Assembly: GCA_963843575.1 (NCBI GenBank)
Contig: CAWJKZ010000019.1
Location: forward strand, 32,001 to 96,000
Length of the DNA: 64,000 nucleotides
Source of the DNA: an uncultured Acidobacteriota bacterium
GTDB taxonomy: Bacteria > Acidobacteriota > UBA6911
Reading direction: 5' to 3'
A program made the position numbers and the translations under genes. Positions 20,729 through 30,038 of the stretch are shown here, piece after piece (position 1 is the first letter of the stretch; each line of letters starts with the position of its first letter). The notes beneath the pieces were generated by a model. The model was not told the DNA's origin and did not search any database. It worked only from the letters and a program-made list of their open reading frames with translations.

Positions 20729-20782
20729 ATCGTCTGACCCCGGCGTGAGCTTTAGGCCGTACCGGGGGCGGACTCGGCCCTC

Positions 20783-21448
20783 TCACCCCCCGATCAGGCG
20801 CCCGTCCCGCAGCGTGAATGTGCAGCCGAGACGTGCCGCGACTTCGGGGTTGTGCGTGACCACCAGGAGGATGTTGCGCAGTGAGCGATGAAGCTCGAGG
20901 AGCAGGGTGGTGACGGCATCGGCGGACCGGTGGTCGAGGTTGCCGGTGGGTTCGTCGCACAGCAGCAACCTCGGTTGCAGGATGAGGGCGCGGGCCAGTG
21001 CCACGCGCTGCCTCTCCCCGCCGGAGAGTTCGGCCGGATGATGCCGGAGCCTCGCTCCGAGCCCGACCTGCTCCAGGAGCGAGACTGCCCGCGAGCGGAA
21101 ATCGTTTCCGGAACGAGCCACGACGGTCGGGACGAGCACGTTTTCGAGGACCGAACATTGCGGCAGAAGATAGTGGTCCTGGAACACGAAACCCACCTGT
21201 GCGTTGCGGAAGGCGGCCAGCGCGCCTCCGCGCAGCGCGAAGGGGTCCTGGCCGTCAAGCCGCACCGTCCCCCGGGTCGGCGGTTCGAGCGCTCCCAGGA
21301 TGTACAGGAGGGTGCTCTTGCCGCTGCCCGAAGGGCCGACGATCGCCGCCGAATCGCCCGGCACGAGTGTCAATGAGACCCCGGAGAGCACCGGCACATT
21401 CCCGGTGACGACGGGGTACTCCTTCACGAGGTCGCGCGCTTCAAGCAT
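20783..21448 (-). CDS. ABC transporter ATP-binding protein (LolD/MacB-like)
   Basis: GPSGSGKST Walker [11 protein letters not shown] and CDEPTGNLD; the ATG overlaps the glycosyltransferase stop. Confidence 0.93.
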   Translation of the reverse strand: MLEARDLVKEYPVVTGNVPVLSGVSLTLVPGDSAAIVGPSGSGKSTLLYILGALEPPTRGTVRLDGQDPFALRGGALAAFRNAQVGFVFQDHYLLPQCSVLENVLVPTVVARSGNDFRSRAVSLLEQVGLGARLRHHPAELSGGERQRVALARALILQPRLLLCDEPTGNLDHRSADAVTTLLLELHRSLRNILLVVTHNPEVAARLGCTFTLRDGRLIGG

Positions 21449-22760
21449 CCGCTTGCCCTCCCCGCCCTGCGGCGGTTTCCGCCAGCACCTCGCCGTAGAC
21501 GGCCAGGGCTTCCTCCGCCATGCGGGTGGCCGTGAAATGGCGGCGGACGCCGGCGTGGGCGGCCGCGCCAAGTTCGCGGCGCTGCCCCGCGTCGGCGGCC
21601 AGCAGGCGAATCGCCTCGGCCAGCCCCTCCGGGTCGTCGGGGGGCACGAGGAGTCCCCCGCCGGTCGCCTCGATCAGCTCGGGGTACACACCGCGCCGTG
21701 GCTGGACCACCGGAGTGCCCGCCGCCATGGCCTCCAGGAGGAAAATCCCCTTGGTTTCATCGTAGGGCCCGGGTACCGAGAATATGTCCAGTCCCTGGAG
21801 AAACACGATCTTGGCTTTCCGGTCGAGCTCCCCGAGATACTGGAACTCGGCCGACAGCCCGGCTGCGTCCATCTCGCGGCGGACTTGGGCCAGATATTCC
21901 CTGTGCTCGGCCCCGAGATAGCCCGCCGCCACCAGGCGGCATTCCGGGAGACGAGCCGCCCGCCGCAGCCGACGGTAGGCGTCGCACAGCACGTGCAGAC
22001 CCTTTTCGGGCGCGATGCGGGCCAGGTAGCCGATGGTAACGACGTCGTTGCCGGCCGGCCGCGACCGCTCGTAACCGTCCATGTTGATTCCGAGCCTCAC
22101 TACCCGGACTTTTTCCGGAGGGAGTTCCAGCCGGTGGGACATCGAGCGGGCGCAGAACCTGCTGACCGCAATGAACCTGTCCACGTGGGGAACGTGCGAA
22201 CGGATGAGGCGCAGCGCCTCGCCGCGGTGCGGTTCTCCGAGCCCCTCCAGGAAGAAGTCCTCCCCCTGCAGGGTGCAGCAGAGCGGTGCCCGCAGCGTCG
22301 CCTTCAGCGCGGGGGCGAGCCCGAGCAGGAGCGAGTTCGGGATGATGACGACGTCCGGCGCCAGCTCCTCGAGATGGCGGACGAGCGTATCCACTTCGGC
22401 GCGCTGAAAACCGCTGCGCCCCTTGAGCATGGAAACCGTGAGGCTCCCGAGGCGGGCAGGCTCGACCTTGACGTTCCACCGTGTGGCGAGGGCCAGGAGC
22501 GGCCCCGCGTCCAACGCCCGGTGCACGACGCGCGGGACGTGGCGAAACAGCGGGACATGCTGCTCCAGGAAGACGTTGATGCCGCCCAGGAAGACCCGTT
22601 TTCCGCTGACGTTGGGCTCGTCCGTCCGGGTGGGCGTGTAGGTCGGGATCAGGGAGACGTCGTGCCCCGCGGCCAGGAGCGCTGCCGCCAACGTGTTGTC
22701 GCGGAGGCAGCTGCCGCAGTACATCCCCCCCGCTCCGGCCGTGATCTGGGCGATTTTCAT
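21441..22760 (-). CDS. Glycosyltransferase family 4 (GT-B) with N-terminal CxxC
   Basis: MKIAQITAGAGGMYCGSCLRD; ARIAPEKG; ETKGIFLLEAMAAGTPVV (ExxxxxxxE). Confidence 0.88.
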   Translation of the reverse strand: MKIAQITAGAGGMYCGSCLRDNTLAAALLAAGHDVSLIPTYTPTRTDEPNVSGKRVFLGGINVFLEQHVPLFRHVPRVVHRALDAGPLLALATRWNVKVEPARLGSLTVSMLKGRSGFQRAEVDTLVRHLEELAPDVVIIPNSLLLGLAPALKATLRAPLCCTLQGEDFFLEGLGEPHRGEALRLIRSHVPHVDRFIAVSRFCARSMSHRLELPPEKVRVVRLGINMDGYERSRPAGNDVVTIGYLARIAPEKGLHVLCDAYRRLRRAARLPECRLVAAGYLGAEHREYLAQVRREMDAAGLSAEFQYLGELDRKAKIVFLQGLDIFSVPGPYDETKGIFLLEAMAAGTPVVQPRRGVYPELIEATGGGLLVPPDDPEGLAEAIRLLAADAGQRRELGAAAHAGVRRHFTATRMAEEALAVYGEVLAETAAGRGGQADA

Positions 22761-22763
22761 GGG

Positions 22764-23906
22764 TCAGCCGCCGAAACAGTACAGCACCCCGTCCTGGGAC
22801 CCGATGACGACGGCACCCTCGGCGGCGGCCGGCGACGCAGAAAGGGGCGCACCCGCGGTGAAGTCCCACACCTTTTTCCCGGTCGACAGGTCGAGACCGT
22901 AGAAGTGACCGTCGTTAGAGCCCACAAAGACGCGGTTGCCCGACACGAGCGGCGAAGACTCCACTCGGGCCCGGGTCTGAAAGGTCCAGACCGGCTTCCC
23001 CGTCGCCCTGTCGAGGCAGTGGATCATCTTGTCCCGGCCGCCCAGGACAACCCGCTCCGTGGTGACGGCCGCCGAGGAGTAGAAAGGGAAGCTGAGCTTC
23101 GTGTGCTGGTAACGCCAGGTGGCCGTGCGTTTCTGGAGATCCAGTCCGAGCACTTCGTTGCCGAACGTGCCGAGGTAAGCTTTGTCACCGATCGCCGCCG
23201 GCGACGCCCCGGCGTAGGCACCGAGCGGAAACGCGAAGATCTCCTTGCCCGACACCGCGTCGAGGGCGCGAAACGTCTCGTCGCACCCCGCCACGTAGAC
23301 CCGCCCCTTGCTGACGGACGGGGTCGAGTGCACCGGGCCCGCCGTCTCGAACTTCCAGACCAGCGAGCCGTCCCTGGCGGAAAGACAGTAGAGTTGCTGG
23401 TCGTACGAGCCGATGTAGATGCGGCCGCCATACCAGTTCGGCGAAGACTTCACCTCGGAGTCCGTTTTGAACGTCCAACGGACCCTGCCGTCGGCCGCGT
23501 CCACGGCGTGCACGACCCCCTCGAGATCCCCCACAAATACGAGGCCCTCACGCACGCAGGGGGAGGATTCCTCGACAGGTCCCGTCGTGCGGTACTCCCA
23601 ACGCGGCTTTCCCGACTTGAGGTCGATGGCGTGCAGACTCCCGTCCATGGAACCGACGTATACGGTCCCGTCCGAGATCGCCGCAGACGATTCGATCGAG
23701 TCTCTGGCCTGGAAGGTCCAGCGCACCTTCATCGCCGGAGGCAGGGCGCCGGGGTAGACTCCGGTCAGACCGGGATTCCCGCGGAACACCGGCCATTCGT
23801 CGCGGCCGGCGTCCTGGGCCAGGACGCGGAGCCAAACCGCCCCGGCGAGCAGCAGCGCTGCGGACCCAAAGGCATGCTTCCTGTGTCTCATAATCGGCCA
23901 AGCCAT
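22764..23906 (-). CDS. Secreted PQQ-like beta-propeller repeat protein (BamB-like)
   Basis: Signal peptide; WPVFRG; repeated SSP..G.VYVGS.DG.L.A.D..G..W blades. Alternative start at 23891. Confidence 0.88.
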   Translation of the reverse strand: MAWPIMRHRKHAFGSAALLLAGAVWLRVLAQDAGRDEWPVFRGNPGLTGVYPGALPPAMKVRWTFQARDSIESSAAISDGTVYVGSMDGSLHAIDLKSGKPRWEYRTTGPVEESSPCVREGLVFVGDLEGVVHAVDAADGRVRWTFKTDSEVKSSPNWYGGRIYIGSYDQQLYCLSARDGSLVWKFETAGPVHSTPSVSKGRVYVAGCDETFRALDAVSGKEIFAFPLGAYAGASPAAIGDKAYLGTFGNEVLGLDLQKRTATWRYQHTKLSFPFYSSAAVTTERVVLGGRDKMIHCLDRATGKPVWTFQTRARVESSPLVSGNRVFVGSNDGHFYGLDLSTGKKVWDFTAGAPLSASPAAAEGAVVIGSQDGVLYCFGG

Positions 23907-24332
23907 GTTAACATGGGGACGGATCAGGATAAACCTTTTAAAACCAGGTGCATCCGGCGCTTTTAGGCCGGAAAATGGCCCTTATTTGCGCTTTTTGGGG
24001 CCGTTTCCGTCGATTAAGGCACGTGCCGAGCGACAAGACCTGCCTTGTTGCCTCCAAAAGGCCGCAGGACACCCCCTCCGATCGTGGATCTATCCCGGAT
24101 CCAATGCAATCTCCATGAGAAACCTCGATTGTTTAATGCGACCAGACGTGCGGGATCGCAGCTGCATCAGCACTTTCGATTTGAACAGCAACGCGTTCCG
24201 GGCGCCGCTCATGCCGTTGACGGGTATATGGCCGGTCGGCTCTTGGGCGCCGAGGCCTACCGGATGGGCTGCAACCGCTGGCCTGGCAGGGTTGCAGGGC
24301 TGCGTCCGGGCCAGCGCGGCCCACCCTGACTG

Positions 24333-24590
24333 TCATGTTCTCAGCGAAACGATAGTGGCGCCGCGGTCGGGGGTGTCGTGGAAAGCGAGCACGTCGGGGT
24401 GCTTGCGCAGAATAGACTGGACGATTTCGCGCTGGACGCCCATGCCGCGGCCGTGGACGATCCGCACGAGCGGAAAGCGCCGTTGCACCGCCTGGAACAG
24501 ATACTCCTCCACCACCCCGGGCACGTCCCGGGGGCTGAACGTGTGTAGGTCGATCCAGTCTTCGATCGGCACCTCGAAGGGCGTGGACAT
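24333..24590 (-). CDS. Small Smr/MutS2-C domain protein
   Basis: IDLH, VRIVHGRGMG and GATIV Smr motifs. Confidence 0.88.
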   Translation of the reverse strand: MSTPFEVPIEDWIDLHTFSPRDVPGVVEEYLFQAVQRRFPLVRIVHGRGMGVQREIVQSILRKHPDVLAFHDTPDRGATIVSLRT

Positions 24591-24594
24591 AGGG

Positions 24595-26664
24595 TCAGCG
24601 GCGGGCGGCGCGGGCCGCCGTTCTCCTCGCGGGCGCCAGCTGGGCGGAGAGTGCGTCGACGGCGCGGGCCGCTCCGGGGACGTTCTGCTGAAGGGCGATG
24701 CGCGCGTGCGTCAGGGCGAGCCCGTATAGCTTCATGCGCCAGTAATTCATGGCGAGATCGTAGTGGGCAGCGCCCCAGTCCGGCCGCAGCCCGATCGCAT
24801 TGCGGAACGGCTCGATCGCCGCGGCATAATCGCGTGCGAGATAGAGCGCCAGCCCAAGATCGCGCTGCCGCGCCGCATCGCCGGGCGCCATGTTCCGGGC
24901 GCTCCGGTAATTTGCCACGGCCTCGGCGACGTCGCCCCGGCAGCGGTGCAGGAACCCGAGGCTGGCGTAGACCCAGGCGTCCGGCCCGAACCTCTCGAGC
25001 GAGGTCTCGAAGATGCGGATCGCGCGCGCCCATGCGCCGCTTTTCATGAGCGAAAAGGCCAGCCCGTCCAACGTGCTCTTGCCCGCCGTGCCGCTTGGGG
25101 CGAGCAGCTCGAGCTGCTGGGCCGCCGAGCGGAAGTCTCCGGCGGCGATCCTGATGTAGGCCAGCTGCTCGCGGCAGTCGCGGTCGGCGGGGAGGCGGGC
25201 CAGGCACGAGCGGCAGGCGCGTTCGGCGGCCCGCGCGTCTCCTGCCCGACCGCAGGCTTCTATCAGCCTGTGCCACACGTCGGCGCGCTGCGGCTGGCTC
25301 CGGCTCAGCCTGGCCAGGAGCGCAAGTGCATCCGCCGTCTTTCCCCTGGCCAGCATGTAGCGCGCCGTGCCCAGGAGAGCGTCAGGCTGCGCGGGATCGA
25401 TCCGGGCGGCGGCGGCATACGATTCCCGTGCCCCGCTTTCGTCGCCGCCGGAGGACTGCACATAGCCCAGGAAAGACAGGAGGTCTGGATCGTCGGGGAG
25501 TTCCCGGACGGCGCGGAGCATGACGGCCGCGGCCTCCGGCGCACGCCCGTGTTCCAGGTAGGCCGCGGCGATCCCGGCCAGGACGTCGGGGTCGGCGATG
25601 CCACGGTCCGCCGCTCGCTGCAGCACGGTCAGCGACTCGGAAGTTTTTCCCTGGGCGAGCAGGGTTTGTGCCAGGCCGAGCCGGGCCGCACCGCTTTCCG
25701 GATCGGTTTCGATCGCCATCAGGTAAGCACGGTGCGCCTCGTCGAGCTCGCCCTCGCGCTGCAGTACGCCGCCCAATTCCGCCCAGGCCTTCGACTGCAT
25801 CGGATTCAGCGACGTGCTTTCCTCGAGCAGCATCCGGGCGGCGCGGGCGTCTCCCGCGGCGAGCGCCCGCACGGCCCGGCCGTAGGCGATCTCCGCCGCG
25901 CGCGTCCGCGCGGCCTCCTGCCGCTCCGCCTCGGCTTCGTCCGGTCTCCCCAGCCTGTCGAGTGCCGCGGCCTTCTCTTCACGCAGGACGGGATGGTCGC
26001 GGTCGGCGGCCAGCCCCAGGTCGGCCCAGCGCAGCGCGGCCGCGTAGTCTCTCGTGCTGCGGCAGACATCGACAAGGTTGAGGTAGTAGCGCGGATTGTC
26101 CGGTTCGAGTTCGACCGCGCGCTCATAGGAACGGAGCGCCCCGGGGGCGTCCCCGCCCGCCTGCAGCAGCGTGCCGAGCAGCCCGTGGAACTCCGGCGCC
26201 ATTGGGAAGCGCTCGCAGGCCTCGCGCGCCTCGCGCAGGGCGCCGGCGTCGTCTCCTGCGAGAAAGAGCGCCTCGATCCAGTGCAGCCGGGCCTTCTGGC
26301 CGACAGCCTCGTCCGGCAGCGCCCGCGCAAACTCGCCCGAGGCAGCCTGCGGCTGCCCCCTGCGGGCCAGGACCAGGCCCAGCCCCAACCGCGCCGTGCC
26401 GTTGCCCGGCTCCGCCGCCAGAACCGCCCTGAATGCGGCTTCCGCCTCCTCGAGCCGCGCGCGTTGCAGCAGTAGCAGCCCGAGAAGCGACCGGGCAAAA
26501 ATATCGTCGGGTTTGCCTCGCAGGAGGGTGCGCAGGACTTGTTCCGCTTCGGCGGGCCGGGAGGCGTTGATCAGCGACATGCCGCGCCGCAGCATGTCCT
26601 CCGGCTCCTGCGCCGACGAGGGCGTCGCCAGAAACAGCATCAGCGCCAGCGCCATTGTCTTCAT
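24595..26664 (-). CDS. Secreted tetratricopeptide-repeat protein
   Basis: Signal peptide followed by many TPR-like helical repeats (e.g. ALRSYERAVELEPDN, AHYDLAMNY). Confidence 0.85.
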   Translation of the reverse strand: MKTMALALMLFLATPSSAQEPEDMLRRGMSLINASRPAEAEQVLRTLLRGKPDDIFARSLLGLLLLQRARLEEAEAAFRAVLAAEPGNGTARLGLGLVLARRGQPQAASGEFARALPDEAVGQKARLHWIEALFLAGDDAGALREAREACERFPMAPEFHGLLGTLLQAGGDAPGALRSYERAVELEPDNPRYYLNLVDVCRSTRDYAAALRWADLGLAADRDHPVLREEKAAALDRLGRPDEAEAERQEAARTRAAEIAYGRAVRALAAGDARAARMLLEESTSLNPMQSKAWAELGGVLQREGELDEAHRAYLMAIETDPESGAARLGLAQTLLAQGKTSESLTVLQRAADRGIADPDVLAGIAAAYLEHGRAPEAAAVMLRAVRELPDDPDLLSFLGYVQSSGGDESGARESYAAAARIDPAQPDALLGTARYMLARGKTADALALLARLSRSQPQRADVWHRLIEACGRAGDARAAERACRSCLARLPADRDCREQLAYIRIAAGDFRSAAQQLELLAPSGTAGKSTLDGLAFSLMKSGAWARAIRIFETSLERFGPDAWVYASLGFLHRCRGDVAEAVANYRSARNMAPGDAARQRDLGLALYLARDYAAAIEPFRNAIGLRPDWGAAHYDLAMNYWRMKLYGLALTHARIALQQNVPGAARAVDALSAQLAPARRTAARAARR

Positions 26665-26714
26665 GGCCCGGGCCCCTCCTTGAATTCAGGCGGCGATCCG
26701 CCGGCCTGAGGTGG

Positions 26715-27587
26715 TCACACGCGCAGGACGAGGTCGAGGGAGACGTCCAGGGACGTGGCGCTGTGCGTGATCCACCCCATCGAAAGCAGGTTCACCCCGG
26801 TCGAGGCGACCGCGGCTGCAGTGGAGGGCGTGATCCCGCCGGAAGCCTCGGTCATGGCCTTGCCCCGCGCCAGAGCGACGGCGCGGGACAGGGTGTCGAG
26901 GTCCATGTTGTCCAGCAGCACCGCGTCGATCCCGAGGCCCAGGGCCTCTTCGAGCTCCTCGATCGTGTCGACCTCGACCTGGATCTTGACCATGTGGCCC
27001 ACGTACGCGCGGACGCGCCGGACGGCCTCGGTGATCCCTCCGGCGATCATCCGGTGGTTGTCCTTGACCAGGACGCCGTCGTCCAGTCCGAACCTGTGGT
27101 TTGCACCGCCTCCCGCGCGCACCGCGTACTTCTCGAGTGCGCGCAGGCCCGGGGTCGTCTTGCGCGTGCACACCACCCTGGCGCCGTGGGGGGCGACCGC
27201 GCAGGCCACGTCGCGGGTCGCGGTGGCTATCCCGCTCAAACGGCCGAGCAGGTTGAGGGCGGTGCGCTCGGCCGACAACAGCGCCCGGGCGTTGCCCCGC
27301 AGGATGGCCAGGTGCTCGCCCCGGCCCGCGTCTTGGCCATCGGCCACCCTCCGTTCGACCCTCACCTGCGGATCGAGTCGGCGGAAGGCCGAGAGCGCTA
27401 CCTCGAGCCCGGCGATCCGGCCCGGCTTGCGGGCGAGGATCACTGCCGTGGCCTCGTCGGCCGGGAGCACGATGGCGTCGGTTGTCAAATCCCCGGCACG
27501 GCCGAGGTCCTCCTGCAGGGCCGAGCGGACGAGCTCTTCATACAGGAGAGGGTAGGGGGGCATCAGGGCCTGCGCGTCGTCGGGCAT
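26715..27587 (-). CDS. nadC: Nicotinate-nucleotide diphosphorylase (carboxylating), QPRTase
   Basis: EDLGRAGDLTT, TRKTTPG, HRFGLDD..KDNH, EVDT, LLDN and EASGGI motifs. Confidence 0.95.
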   Translation of the reverse strand: MPDDAQALMPPYPLLYEELVRSALQEDLGRAGDLTTDAIVLPADEATAVILARKPGRIAGLEVALSAFRRLDPQVRVERRVADGQDAGRGEHLAILRGNARALLSAERTALNLLGRLSGIATATRDVACAVAPHGARVVCTRKTTPGLRALEKYAVRAGGGANHRFGLDDGVLVKDNHRMIAGGITEAVRRVRAYVGHMVKIQVEVDTIEELEEALGLGIDAVLLDNMDLDTLSRAVALARGKAMTEASGGITPSTAAAVASTGVNLLSMGWITHSATSLDVSLDLVLRV

Positions 27588-27588
27588 C

Positions 27589-28626
27589 TCAGCGCCCCTG
27601 CCGCGTCCCGAGATCGAGCATGCGCTGCACCGCCAGGTGGGCCCGCTCGGCCACCCCGGGATCGACCTCGACCTCGTGCTCCATCTGGACGAGCGAGTTG
27701 AGTATCTTCGGGAGCGTGATCCGCTTCATGTGAGGGCACAGGTTGCACGGGCGGACAAACTCCAGGTTCGGGAATTCCACCGCCACGTTGTCGCTCATCG
27801 AGCACTCCGTGATCAGAGCCACCCGGGCCGGCTCGTACCGCCTCACGTGCTGGATCATGCCCGACGTGGACCCGACGTAGTCGGCCTCGGCCAGCACGTC
27901 GGGCGGGCACTCCGGGTGCGCCAGGACCGCAACCCCCGGGTACTGCTCGCGGAACTGGCGCACGTCCCCGGCCGTGAAACGCTCGTGCACCTCGCAGTGC
28001 CCCTGCCACAGGATCACCTCGGCCCGGACATGGCGTGCGACATAGCGTCCCAGGTACTCGTCGGGCAGAAAGATAACGCGGTCCGCACCCAGCCCGTTCA
28101 CGATCTCGACCGCGTTGGCCGACGTGCAGCAGACGTCCGACTCGGCCTTGACCTCCGCTGAGGTGTTGACGTACGTCACGACCGGAACGCCCGGGTAGCG
28201 CCGCCGCAGCCCCCGCACATCCTCGGCCGTGATGGAGGACGCCAGCGAGCAGCCGGCTCCCGGGTCGGGGATCAGCACCGTCTTGCCCGGATTGAGCACC
28301 TTGGCGGTCTCCGCCATGAAGTGCACGCCGCAGAGCACGATCACGTCCGCGTCGGTATCGGCCGCCTCGCGCGCCAGCGCCAGCGAGTCGCCCGTGATGT
28401 CGGCCACGCAATGGAAGATTTCCGGAGTCTGATAGTTGTGGGCTAGGACGACGGCCCGGCGCTCGACCTTCAACTCCCGGATGGCGTGAATGTAAGGGGC
28501 GTGTACGGCCCACTCGACTTCCGGCACGACGTGGCGGACGCGCTCGTATAGCGGCGCCGTCTCCCTCTCGACCTCGGCGGTATATGCCGGCGTCTCCTGC
28601 ACGACGACTCGACCCGATCGTTCCAC
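27589..28626 (-). CDS. nadA: Quinolinate synthase
   Basis: [33 protein letters not shown] and CNLCPHMK motifs. Probable GTG start at 28626; the ORF-track ATG at 28647 lies inside the operator. Confidence 0.95.
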   Translation of the reverse strand: MERSGRVVVQETPAYTAEVERETAPLYERVRHVVPEVEWAVHAPYIHAIRELKVERRAVVLAHNYQTPEIFHCVADITGDSLALAREAADTDADVIVLCGVHFMAETAKVLNPGKTVLIPDPGAGCSLASSITAEDVRGLRRRYPGVPVVTYVNTSAEVKAESDVCCTSANAVEIVNGLGADRVIFLPDEYLGRYVARHVRAEVILWQGHCEVHERFTAGDVRQFREQYPGVAVLAHPECPPDVLAEADYVGSTSGMIQHVRRYEPARVALITECSMSDNVAVEFPNLEFVRPCNLCPHMKRITLPKILNSLVQMEHEVEVDPGVAERAHLAVQRMLDLGTRQGR

Positions 28627-28637
28627 TCCACCCTCGC

Positions 28638-28658
28638 TTATGCTCATTGTGAGTATAT
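28638..28658. promoter_or_regulatory. NadQ operator, proximal
   Basis: TTATGCTCATTGTGAGTATAT fits the NadQ palindrome ttATRCTCannntGAGYATaa (recalled consensus), directly upstream of nadA. Confidence 0.8.
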
Positions 28659-28701
28659 ACTGGGGCCAAAAAAACAGGCCCGCCCCACAGGCCAGCGCTA
28701 C

Positions 28702-28722
28702 TTATACTAACGTCGAGCATAT
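28702..28722. promoter_or_regulatory. NadQ operator, distal
   Basis: TTATACTAACGTCGAGCATAT, a second imperfect copy 64 bp from the first. Confidence 0.7.
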
Positions 28723-28746
28723 CGGGAGTCAACCGGGAATAGAGAC

Positions 28747-28775
28747 GTGGGCCGCGTCGGTCCGACGCGGCCCAC
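28747..28775. repeat. REP-like palindrome, family A, copy 2
   Basis: gtgggccgcgtcggtccgacgcggcccac downstream of the nadQ stop. Confidence 0.8.
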
Positions 28776-28800
28776 TCATCCGCCGCACTTCAGGATCCAC

Positions 28801-29817
28801 TCAGGAGTGGCGCTGGCCGGGGACGCCGACGCCCGGGGCGGGGCGTTCCCGCAGGACGTCGCGGCGGAAGCGGAAGAGCTCGGCCGGGCGTCCTCCCGTT
28901 GCGCCGTGCAGCCGCCCGGTGCCTTCGACGAGGCCGCCGGACTCGACCAGGCGGCGCAGGTTCTGTTTGTGCAGGCGGACGCCGGAAAGCGCCTCCACGA
29001 CGCGTTGCAGCTGCAGCAAGGTGAAGGTGGCGGGGAGCAGCTCGAAGACCACGGGCCGGTACTTGAGCTTGCCGCGCAGCCTCCCGAGTGCGGTGGCGAC
29101 TATACGGCGGTGGTCGAGGGCCATGAGGTGCCCGAGTGCCGCCACGGGGGGCGCGGGATCGCCGAAATCCCGGCCGGCTTCATGGGCTAGTCCGACCTCG
29201 TAGATGAGCTCGTAGCGCTCGAGCACGCGCTCGGGTACCCACGGGGCGCCGCCGAGGCCGAAATTGATGTCCCGGCGTTCGCCGCGCTCCAGCCGGCGCT
29301 CCCCCACGGGGGCGGCTGCGACCCACGTGTCGAGCGCGGGCACGATCGGGTTCTCGATGATCCCGGGCCTCCCCGCACGCCAGTCCTCCCACGGCAGAAA
29401 CCGGTAGCACTCGCGCCACACCGCGTTGCCGGTGCCGGCCGGCGCCTCCTCGCGCACCAGCGCCAGGTAGGCAACCGAGATCACGCGTGGCCCCCCCTGC
29501 CTCTCCAGGGGATCGCGGTGCCGGTTGCCGAACGTGTAGAGCTGCTCGACGTAGCCCAGCTCGAGCCCCGACTGCTCGCGCACCCAGCGCCGCAGCCCGA
29601 GCTCGAGCGTCCGGTCGCTGGCCGGGTCGAAGGGTCCGAAAGGGAGCGCGTCGTAGCGGTGCCGCGGCGATCGGCCGCCGGGGGCCGCCGGCGGCTCCGC
29701 CAGGGCGTGCTCCGCCCTGGTCACGGTCAAAATGCGCGGCGTCCCCTGCGTGACCGCGACGATAACCGCGTTCAGACCGATGACGACGGGCGTGTCCAGC
29801 GCGATTTTCCTCGTCAT
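28801..29817 (-). CDS. nadQ: NAD biosynthesis transcriptional regulator NadQ (NUDIX-like plus winged HTH, NrtR-related)
   Basis: LPFGPFDP, GYVEQLYTFG, DHRRIVATALGRLRGKLKYRPVVFEL, LHKQN and TGGRPAELFRF motifs; adjacent to nadA with matching operators. Confidence 0.82.
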   Translation of the reverse strand: MTRKIALDTPVVIGLNAVIVAVTQGTPRILTVTRAEHALAEPPAAPGGRSPRHRYDALPFGPFDPASDRTLELGLRRWVREQSGLELGYVEQLYTFGNRHRDPLERQGGPRVISVAYLALVREEAPAGTGNAVWRECYRFLPWEDWRAGRPGIIENPIVPALDTWVAAAPVGERRLERGERRDINFGLGGAPWVPERVLERYELIYEVGLAHEAGRDFGDPAPPVAALGHLMALDHRRIVATALGRLRGKLKYRPVVFELLPATFTLLQLQRVVEALSGVRLHKQNLRRLVESGGLVEGTGRLHGATGGRPAELFRFRRDVLRERPAPGVGVPGQRHS

Positions 29818-30038
29818 TCCCCTGCCAGCCCCGGATGATCCACCATCCTAGCAGCCTGAAGGGAAAATGCAAAAGCTTCGCCCAAATGGCGCCGGCGAGC
29901 CACCGGTTGCCGCGCTTTCCGGGCCGTGACGCGGAAATCGGCGCCCGCGGCTCGAACGGCGATTGTTGTCTCCGCGATGTTGTGCGAGAATATGCAACCT
30001 TTTCGGTAATGATTGAAATTCGGAGATCAGGGGAGAGT

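Noticed and set aside
23907-24332. 426-bp intergenic region with small ORFs and AT-rich patches
   Set aside because: No convincing ORF, RNA motif or repeat recognised; probably the promoter region of the PQQ-propeller operon.
29818-30038. Possible lysine riboswitch upstream of asd-lysC
   Set aside because: The conserved lysine-aptamer features (AGAGGUGC start, kink-turn and loop-E motifs) were not found.
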